From an uncultured Armatimonadia bacterium (lineage in GTDB: Bacteria > Armatimonadota > Zipacnadia > CAVVLO01): a DNA stretch of 64,000 bases. The translations under genes and the position numbers were made by a program. Where the stretch lies: NCBI GenBank assembly GCA_963749155.1, contig CAVVLO010000003.1:448001-512000 (forward strand). Reading direction: 5' to 3'. Below the pieces are notes generated by a model, which had not been told where the DNA came from, ran no database searches, and saw nothing but the letters and a program-made list of their open reading frames with translations. This document shows positions 30,814-38,908 of the stretch, piece by piece (the first letter of the stretch is position 1; the number at the start of each line of letters is the position of its first letter).

Positions 30814-31914
30814 TCACCTTTTCCTCATCAGTTCGGCGTTGTCCACCCACATTGCGAAGTAGGGCTCCCTCTCTCCCCGCACGCGCATCAGCACGAGGAA
30901 GGGCCGGTCGAAAACTATCTCGCGCATCGACATGGCAAGTGGGATTACTGCGGCACTCTTCAGCTGCGCGCCTCGATGGTTAAGAGTGAAACTCACCCTG
31001 GTTCGGATATCAGCCAACTGTATAGACCTGGACCACTCGTCCAGAGGCGGGTCGAGGAAGTATCCGCTGCGAAATTCTGGGGCCGATGCCGTGAGTTCTA
31101 AGTTGAACTCAGGCACGCCCAGCGATGCGTGAGAAGGAAAAGGCATCGGCTCGTAGGGGCACTTGCCACCAGATCCAAAGCGTGTTCTACAGTTGCTGCA
31201 AGTGTCTTGCCCGGCTCTACACAAGCCAGCACTAACTGACTGGGCGAGCTCTCATGATCCATATCCACGACGATTTCTCTAACCTGGTCAGGCCGGAGAC
31301 CTTGTGTGACATAGAGGATCTGGGGCTGGTATTGCTGCCGAGATTTGTACTTGTTTCCTTCACGCTTCTTCAAGCCAAAACCCTCGACCAGCACTGTTCT
31401 GGAGTCAGTGCCTGTAAACAGCAGCTTGGTGGGATTCTTCTCATACGCATATGTAAAGGGGACTTCCGCCACAACCGCGCCCCCAGCAATTGCCAACTTG
31501 GTATCCAGGGCGATGCCTCGTGAGGCCAACTGTTCAGCAAACGCAGCATCTCTTTCAGGAGCGCTGGGCCCAGCCCAGGCGAACCAGCTTCCCTCCGGCA
31601 GCAGCTTGCGGTCGAAAGGCGCTGAGTTCAACCTGTCGGCCAAGAGCTGACCTTGAGTAACTCTTCAGCGGTACGCCCCCTGCAGCCTCACGGAGCTCAT
31701 CCCACGCGAGTTGCAGCGCGGCGCTCCATACCACATTCTTCCCGGCGGCCAGCGGCTCGTCGAGTGTCGGAGCGACGATTGTGTGCTTCAATCCTTCGAC
31801 CGGCCCCGAGTAGACTGGCAGGGCCTTACTCGCCTGCCGTGTGTGGTCTACCCACCACAGCCCAAGAAGCACCAAACAAATCACCAGTAGAGTTATCACG
31901 AGCTTCCGTCCCAC
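30814..31914 (-). CDS. Membrane-anchored serpin-like protein (array gene 4); frameshifts near 31650 and 31150
   Basis: ORFs 31555-31914, 31098-31643 and 30814-31224 join: KNVVWSAALQLAW ... LGVPEFNL ... FTLNHRGAQLKSAA...IVFDRPFLVLMR...WVDNAELMRKR. Confidence 0.7.
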
Positions 31915-31920
31915 TAGCCC

Positions 31921-33114
31921 TCACCTCTTCCTCATCAGTTCGGCGTTGGCGACCCACATTGCGAAGTAGGGCTCCCTCTCTCCGCGCACGCGCATCAGCA
32001 CGAGGAAGGGCGGGTCGAAAGCGAACCGGCGCGCCATACCGCCTGCCACCAGCCGGGGCACTGCGCTAACCCAGACACCCTCGGCATTCAGTCTGAAGTC
32101 GATAAGCAGTCCAACGTCGACTATATTTGTAGCGTGAGGGGGCTGACCGGGATTGATCGAGGGCAGGCCGATACCTTGCCCCTGCAGCTGTGGAAAGCGA
32201 TAGTCCACGGCGAAGGAAAGCTCCGGCACAGCAAGCGATTCGGCCTCTCCCAGTTCGCGCGCATCGGCGGACTGGGGTTGCCAGCCCTCAGCCAACTGGA
32301 GTGCCCGGTCGACGGTCTGCTCGAGTGTGGCGCCCGGATGCACCCGGCAGACCAACACCTGGCTAGGTTGGCTCCCCTTGTCCAGGTCGAGGATAAACTC
32401 GGCCGTTTCGGGGAAGACTGGGGAGGGGAGCCTGCCAAGCCCTTCCTCTTCGCTGCAGTAGAGTACCTCGACCTGGCGCCTGGACTTGACCTGGCGATCT
32501 TGCTCGGGCACGCCAAACGAAGCGACTAGTGGCGCTTCTTTTGTTGCGCCAAATTTGCAGTGTGCCGGGTCCTGCTCGAAGGGCTCGGAGAACACGACAC
32601 TGGCCCTGAGGCCGACATATGTGACGACTTCTTCAGGTTTCCAGTCGCGTTTGATGGGGAACGGCACAGCATCAGGGAAGAGCCTCGCATATTCGGCTTC
32701 CACCTGTTTCTGGGCGCCAGAAGCCACATCTCCTGCAACCGCAAAATACTGCCCCTCTGGCAGAGGCACTGGCTGCTCGGATTCGTGATTCAACCGAGCG
32801 GCCAGGTCAGGTGTGGAGGGCAGCTCGATTGGCTTGCCCCCGTATAGAGCGCGCAGGTTGGCCCAGGCGCGGTCGAAGCCGCCGCACCAGACGAGGTTGT
32901 CGCCCGCGGGTGCAGGGGTATCCAGAGTTGGCAATATGGTCGTGGCCGGCAGTTCCTTTACAACCCCGTTGAAAATTGGCGGACCGGGCGGTGCAAGTTG
33001 CCGCTTGGTATCGAAGGACTGAGTAATAACTCGGTGCGAGTTGGAGTTGTGCCACCAGGCAACTGCTACCACCAGTAACCCAAACAGCAGTGCCACCACC
33101 AAAGCTCGTTTCAT
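31921..33114 (-). CDS. Membrane-anchored serpin-like protein (array gene 3)
   Basis: MKRALVVALLFGLLVV; DNLVWCGGFDRAW, LAVPELSF, FRLNAEGVWVSA...FAFDPPFLVLMR...WVANAELMRKR. Confidence 0.75.
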   Translation of the reverse strand: MKRALVVALLFGLLVVAVAWWHNSNSHRVITQSFDTKRQLAPPGPPIFNGVVKELPATTILPTLDTPAPAGDNLVWCGGFDRAWANLRALYGGKPIELPSTPDLAARLNHESEQPVPLPEGQYFAVAGDVASGAQKQVEAEYARLFPDAVPFPIKRDWKPEEVVTYVGLRASVVFSEPFEQDPAHCKFGATKEAPLVASFGVPEQDRQVKSRRQVEVLYCSEEEGLGRLPSPVFPETAEFILDLDKGSQPSQVLVCRVHPGATLEQTVDRALQLAEGWQPQSADARELGEAESLAVPELSFAVDYRFPQLQGQGIGLPSINPGQPPHATNIVDVGLLIDFRLNAEGVWVSAVPRLVAGGMARRFAFDPPFLVLMRVRGEREPYFAMWVANAELMRKR

Positions 33115-33119
33115 TTCGT

Positions 33120-34385
33120 TCACCTCTTCTTCATCAGTTCGACGTTGGCGACCCACATCAGGAAGAAAGGATCATCTACATCCCGCTGCTTGAGGGCGAT
33201 CAAGAAGGGTTGGTCGAAGGTGAAATGCCGGGGACTACAGAGGGGATACATCCCAGCCGTGGACTCTACCAGGGCTCCGCTTGCAGTGAGACTGAAGCCC
33301 ACCTGCTGGTAGAGGTAATAAGGATTCACTTCCCATTCTGGCTTGCCAGGAGTGCTGAGCCTTGCCACCAGCAGCTGGTCCAACTGGAAGGAGAGCACCG
33401 GCACAGCAAGAGTATCGGTCGGGCTGAGTTCGTAATACTCCCTGTGCTTACGCTCTGGCCAATGGCTTGTGAGGTCGCTCACATGGCGCCACGTGGCTTC
33501 AAGGGTTGCCTGGGGTTTTACCTGGGCCAGGATGACCTGAATTGCTGGATTATCCGCAGCCAGATCAAGGACAAACTCCACCTCCTGTCCTCCTGGCGGA
33601 GTAGGCCCCATCAGGTCGGACTGCAGCACTCGCACATGCCTGCGCACCTCGGGTTGAGTTGATGCTGTCTCGTTATCAATCCCGAAACAAGACACCTGAC
33701 TCGGCTTGCCGTCCACCCCTGGGAAGAGGAGTTCCCTTGGTTCTTCCTTGAAGGCGGGGCTGAAGACGGCCCCTCCTCGAAGGTAAGCAAGCGAGAGGAA
33801 GCCTTGCAGCGTTGGATCGTAACCTGGCAACTTGGGCTCTGACGCGTCAGGGAATTTCGCCTGCAGTTCCTTTGTCAACCTGGGCAGCAACGCCGGATCG
33901 GGTAACTCTCCGAAACCGGTGTAGAACCAGTCGGCGGGCAGACTGCCCCTGGCAAGCGGCTCAGAGTTGAGTTGAGCAGTGAGCTCCGGGTCGTTTTGGA
34001 TGGCCAGCGTGCCGGCGCCGAGTTGGGTTTGAGTCTTCTGCCAGGCCAGATCAAAAGCGGCCGACCAGACCACGTTCTTGCCTGGAGCCAGCTCTTTCTG
34101 CAGTGTCAGGGCAAGTTCGGTCGCCTGAAGCTCCGTCACCGAACCATCGTATACAAAGTCATCAGGACGAGGAGGGACTTCGGGCTTGGCAGTGTGAGAC
34201 TGCCAGGCAAAGCTCAAAGCGCCCAGGCGCCTGCTCACGGCATCAGCAGTATTGCGCTGCATGCGCTCAATCCGTCCAAGTAACGGTGAGTGCCTGCGCG
34301 CGCGCGGCCAGTTCCACTGCAGCGCCCCATAAAGCACGACCAGGGCAAAGCTAGGAATAATTACGAACAAAAGCCAGCGGCGCAT
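33120..34385 (-). CDS. Membrane-anchored serpin-like protein (array gene 2)
   Basis: TM; KNVVWSAAFDLAW ... FSLTASGALVES...HFTFDQPFLIALK...WVANVELMKKR. Closest paralog of array gene 7. Confidence 0.75.
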   Translation of the reverse strand: MRRWLLFVIIPSFALVVLYGALQWNWPRARRHSPLLGRIERMQRNTADAVSRRLGALSFAWQSHTAKPEVPPRPDDFVYDGSVTELQATELALTLQKELAPGKNVVWSAAFDLAWQKTQTQLGAGTLAIQNDPELTAQLNSEPLARGSLPADWFYTGFGELPDPALLPRLTKELQAKFPDASEPKLPGYDPTLQGFLSLAYLRGGAVFSPAFKEEPRELLFPGVDGKPSQVSCFGIDNETASTQPEVRRHVRVLQSDLMGPTPPGGQEVEFVLDLAADNPAIQVILAQVKPQATLEATWRHVSDLTSHWPERKHREYYELSPTDTLAVPVLSFQLDQLLVARLSTPGKPEWEVNPYYLYQQVGFSLTASGALVESTAGMYPLCSPRHFTFDQPFLIALKQRDVDDPFFLMWVANVELMKKR

Positions 34386-34390
34386 CTCTC

Positions 34391-35551
34391 TCACCTTTTC
34401 CTCATCAGTTCAGCGTTGGCGACCCACATCAGGAAGAAAGGCTCCTCGGCCGCCCGCAACTTCATTGCAATGAGGAAAGGCCGGTCGAAGGTGAAATGGC
34501 GAGGACCGCAGGGGGGCGAGGGCGCAGGTGCTGCGGGGGCACAGGACGCGAAAGATTCGACCAGCGCGCCTCCCTCTGTCAGGCTGAAATTGATCTGCTG
34601 TTTGACCAGGTAAGGGTAGCCGTCCCACTCGGGTTTGTCGGGAATCCGAAGTGTCGCCATGAGTAGCTGGTTCAGAGCAAAGCCGACCACGGGCACGGCT
34701 AACGTGTCGCGTGGTCCCAGTTCGGTCCATGCAGGATCCTCACCATGCTCCCAACCCCTGGCCAGTTCGTTGGCTTTCCGCCAGGTGGCCTCGAGGCTCT
34801 CTGCCGGCTCGAGCTGCGCAAGTACCACTTCGAGCCTGGGATTAAACGCAGCCAGATCAACCACCAGTTCGGGGATTACTCCGGCTGGCTCTGGGTCTCC
34901 CTGCAGGTTGGTTGCCAGCACCCTTACATGATGAGAGGCGTATCCGGTTTCTTCGTTCACGCCAAAACAGGTGACAGGCCTGAGATTGCCGTCAATTGCA
35001 GGGAAAACAAGCTTCTCTGGATCCTTGTCATATGGCGGATCGAATACCGTCCCACCGCGCAGATAAGCCAGCGAGATGAAGCCCGGCAACGTGGGATCGC
35101 CTGGCAGGTCAATCTCACATGCATCCGGGAACTTCACTTTCAACTCGGATATCAGACGCGCGGGTAGCCCCGGATCGGGTGTCTCACCGAAGCCGACGTA
35201 GTACCACTCTTCCGGCAGCATCTTCCTGGCCGAAGGAGCGGAGTCGAGTTGCTGGCCAAGGGCCTCACTACCGACGATATCGAGCTTGGCGGTTTGGAGG
35301 CGCTCTTTGGCTTCTTGCCAGGCCATCACCACTGTGGAACACCAGACGGCGCTCTTGTCCGGCGCGAGCGGAGAATCGGCGCTGAAGACTACTTCTGTGC
35401 CCTTAAGTCCATCTGCCTGCCCGTTGAAGACGAACTCGCTGGGCGGTGGTGGGACACCAAGAGGGGTCGTTGTGACGGGTTCTTTTCCGCATGAGGAGAC
35501 CAGCAGGGCAAGGAGCAGGCCTGCGGCCAGTGTGAGCAAGACGCGTAGCAT
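34391..35551 (-). CDS. Serpin-like probable lipoprotein (array gene 1)
   Basis: MLRVLLTLAAGLLLALLVSS-C lipobox-like signal; SAVWCSTVVMAWQE ... FSLTEGGALVES...HFTFDRPFLIAMK...WVANAELMRKR. Confidence 0.75.
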   Translation of the reverse strand: MLRVLLTLAAGLLLALLVSSCGKEPVTTTPLGVPPPPSEFVFNGQADGLKGTEVVFSADSPLAPDKSAVWCSTVVMAWQEAKERLQTAKLDIVGSEALGQQLDSAPSARKMLPEEWYYVGFGETPDPGLPARLISELKVKFPDACEIDLPGDPTLPGFISLAYLRGGTVFDPPYDKDPEKLVFPAIDGNLRPVTCFGVNEETGYASHHVRVLATNLQGDPEPAGVIPELVVDLAAFNPRLEVVLAQLEPAESLEATWRKANELARGWEHGEDPAWTELGPRDTLAVPVVGFALNQLLMATLRIPDKPEWDGYPYLVKQQINFSLTEGGALVESFASCAPAAPAPSPPCGPRHFTFDRPFLIAMKLRAAEEPFFLMWVANAELMRKR

Positions 35552-35676
35552 AGTTGCTTCCCCCAGGAAACGGCTTCGCGAGGCTCTCCTTCGCTAAGAC
35601 TGATAAAAGCAGCTTTTTGTTCCCAAGTTTGCAAACAAAGCTAATTCTGACTGGATTGGTAAACAAACCGGAGGCG

Positions 35677-38600
35677 CTACCCTCCAGGCGCCACCTCGGT
35701 CAGCTCGCAGTCATCCCAGGAAATATGCCCCTCGTCATAGGGCCCTCGGATGCGGTTATCCAAAAGGAAACGCACCTGGGTCGTGGTCGCCGTGGTGGTG
35801 AAGGTCAGCTCCAGCCTCAGCCACTGGCCTGCCTCGGTCAGGCTCTGTGGGGGATGGTCGAACCAGCAGCTTGCCCTGCGCAGCAGTATTCCTGCACGAT
35901 GAGGGACGCCGCATCGCCAGACGTCTGACCAAATCCCTTGCCGTGGAGGTCTGTCCCCTTCACCCAGGCCGAGGCGCGATACCTTGTGGAGGGCTTCACC
36001 TGGGCATCCTGCCAGACCAGCGTGTGGCCGTCGTGCTGGGTGTGAGTGCGCAGTCCGTGGGCGCCTGAATGGAACTCGGGCAGGCCCCAGTCGGGATGGA
36101 TGTCATAGCCCGCTTCATCCCAGATATAGCTCTCGCTGGCGCTGGCGAAGAGATAAGTCCAACCTGCGGCGCTGCCCTTGTCACCTTGCTTGCCAAGCAC
36201 CTGAGGGGCGCCCTGTTCAAAGCCCGGATTGGCGAGCAGATTGCCAGCAGAAGCCTGCGGCAAATCCAGGACTACCGGTGTTGCGCCTTCTCCGCCGGTC
36301 CCAGGACCGACTTCGATGGCCTGCACCAGCGCTTCCTTGCCGCCCCGCCCTGTGCAACGTATCGCAATCACGCCGTGCTCCGCCGGTATGCCGTCGAAAA
36401 CAAGGTCTGCCGCGCGGAAGAACCCGCCCGCGGTCGCGGCGATGTCGAGGTCGGCGACGACCTGCTGCCCGTTCAGATAGATGTCGAAGGCCCGCTGCTG
36501 CGCAGGCAGCTCATACCGCGTCTCACAGAACTTGAGCCTCACGTGGTAGCGGCCTGGCGCCACTGTGAAGTAGGCTGTGAAGTCCCTTCCGTGAGCGCCA
36601 TACCGGTAGAGTTCGTCCTCGTCGGTGCCGATAACGTCGTGCTGGCGACGGTCGGTCCACCAGGTCTCCTCCACCGCGTCCTTGAGGAAGCCAAGCCGTA
36701 CGATCCACTCGGTCGCGGGACGCCAGGCGTTGCCCTCGGCGTCCATGTAGTCAGTGTCACGGGGATAACCGAAAATCCAGCGCTGCGCCTCGCGCGGCCC
36801 ACCGCCTGCCCCCGTCCAGGCGCGGCCTGTTTCGGCCGACCACTGAGCGCCTGTCAGGCTTACCAAAGCGCCGGCAGAACGCGGGTTGCCCTCTCCGCGC
36901 GCCACCAGCCGCAGGTTGTGCTGGCCCTCTGAGAGGCCATTTTGGTAATACAGCACCTGGCCCAAGCGCTCAACTGGGCTCCAACAGTCCACGAAAACGA
37001 GCTGTTTTTGGCCGTCCAGATAAACCTCCGCCAAGCCGCCCTCAGGCCCAAAATCGCCAAGCAGCCTTACCTGGTTGCCAGTGAAGCTGAGTGTCGCGCT
37101 GGCGCCCGCCTGCCCCTCCTCCCAGTCGCCTTCGAAGCTGAAGGCTTCAAGGTTCGCCTGCTGCTGCGGATCCGGCCCTTCGATGACGACCTTCCTTTGG
37201 CCGTCATGCCGCACCGTAACCAGCCAGTCGCCGCCAGGAAGCGCCCGCACAGAGTAGCCCTTGCCCTCAAGCTTCTCTCTCAGCGGAAGCGCCTTGCCAC
37301 CAGCTACCAGGCGCGTTGGACAGAAAGCAAGCCGCAGTGTCTCGGTCGTGCCCTTCGGCGCATCGAAGGTCTCGATACTCGATCCGGCCTGCGCCATAGT
37401 GCAAGGTCGCGCACGACCGCGGTGGAATTCATAATATGGTTCTCGCGCGCCGCCCCAAGCTCCGGCGCCCAGGCCAGTGTGCCCAGCACATGCTTCAACG
37501 CCATCGGATGGGCTATCTTGAACCACGCGCCGGCGACGATGAAGCCGCCGTCGATATTGTCCTCCACCACGCCTGTCGGCAGCACGTCATAGGTGGCCAG
37601 CAGTTGCATCCGCCGCCCAGCTCGCGGCCCCACTCGCTATCGGCGCGCGCGCCATACTCGGAGAAGACCATCGCAAGCTCCATCGGCCCGTACCAGAGCG
37701 ACCTTCCACAGCACCCCGACGACTCGGGGAAGGCCCAGGCGCCGCTGAAGACATCCCCGTTGCTGCCCTCGAAGACGCTGGTGCGGTTGATGAACAGTGA
37801 AAGCACGTTGCGTGTCTGGGTCTGCCAGTCCGGAAACTCCTCCGGATGGCGCATCAGATAGCGCGCAACGAACTCGGTGACGTTCTCGGCCATCACATAA
37901 TCAGGCCAGTCCCAGTAGTTGCGCCCCCAGGTCTGGTCCTCCAACCAGCGGGGGAGTAACTCATCGCGCAGCCAGGCCACCCCTGCGTCGCGGGCTCGAT
38001 TGAGGCCGCCGGTTTCGCCCTTGTAACCAAGTCGTAGCAGCTCGTCGTAGAACTCCAGTATGAAGACGATCCCACCCGTCTGGATGTCTGGCCAGGGGGC
38101 ATCTTCAGGATTCGCATAGCGCCCGAAAGGAGGCATCCCGGGGCGCAAGTCCTGATGCTGCACAAGCAGGTCGGCCCAGTGCCGGGCGGCTTCAAGCCAG
38201 CGCTGCTCCCCCACTACTTCATAAGCGCGCACAAGCCCCAGACCCACCTCGGCAACGATATCAAGCTGGATGAAGCCCTTTGGATTGGCCTTCCCATAGG
38301 GTTCGCCCTCTTTTGGCACCGATACGAGGAAGCGCGGCCAGGGGTGATCGTCGGGGGTGAGTTCCCAATCCAGCAGCGCATCGGCCATCAGGCTCATCCC
38401 CGCAATTGCCGCCGCATCGCCCGTATACCGGTAATAATCCACATAACCTGAGAGGATATAAGCTGCCCGCTGGCCAAGGTCGCCGTTGTCCCAGTTGGCG
38501 AAGGGGGGCGTCGAGATGGTCCCCTCCTCCGAGATAGCCCAGTGACCGCTGTAAACCCAATGCGGCGCGGGGTTCACCGCGAAGCTGGCATCAGTCCAGG

Positions 38601-38793
38601 GGTAGCGTTTGAGCGTCTCAGCTGCGATGCGCACTCTCAGATCGAATTGACCATTCTGCCCTTGATACCACGGGGCGATCACACCATACCGGTCCAGCTG
38701 CTTCTCGTGGGCATAATAACGAGATTGTTCGACAGCAAAAGTCAGCGAACCGAATAGCAACAATAAGGTGAACAACCCGAGAAAAATCTTCAT
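35677..38793 (-). CDS. Large secreted multidomain protein: helical-barrel glycosidase-like N-terminus, malectin domain, C-terminal CBM4/9-like module; frameshifts near 37620-37480 and 35870
   Basis: Signal MKIFLGLFTLLLLFGSLTFA; AYEVVGEQRWLEAARHWADLL helical-hairpin motif; malectin GTDEDELYR...PGRYHVRLKFCET...RAFDIYLNG..V..DLDI; GNLLANPGFE module ending ISWDDCELTEVAPGG-stop at 35677. Confidence 0.65.
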
Positions 38794-38908
38794 TTCGACC
38801 ACCTCCGCCTGGCTTCAAGGGTTCGTGTTGTCTGGGAGCTAACCTGCCGGAGGAAGGTGCCCCTCTGACTCGAACTGGATTCATATCAAGGACTCAGGAG
38901 GCCTTCTT

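Noticed and set aside
27090..35551. Diversity-generating retroelement, shufflon or integron explaining the paralog array
   Set aside because: No reverse transcriptase, recombinase or integrase in the window, no template repeat, no inverted crossover sites, and the 5-6 bp gaps leave no room for attC sites.
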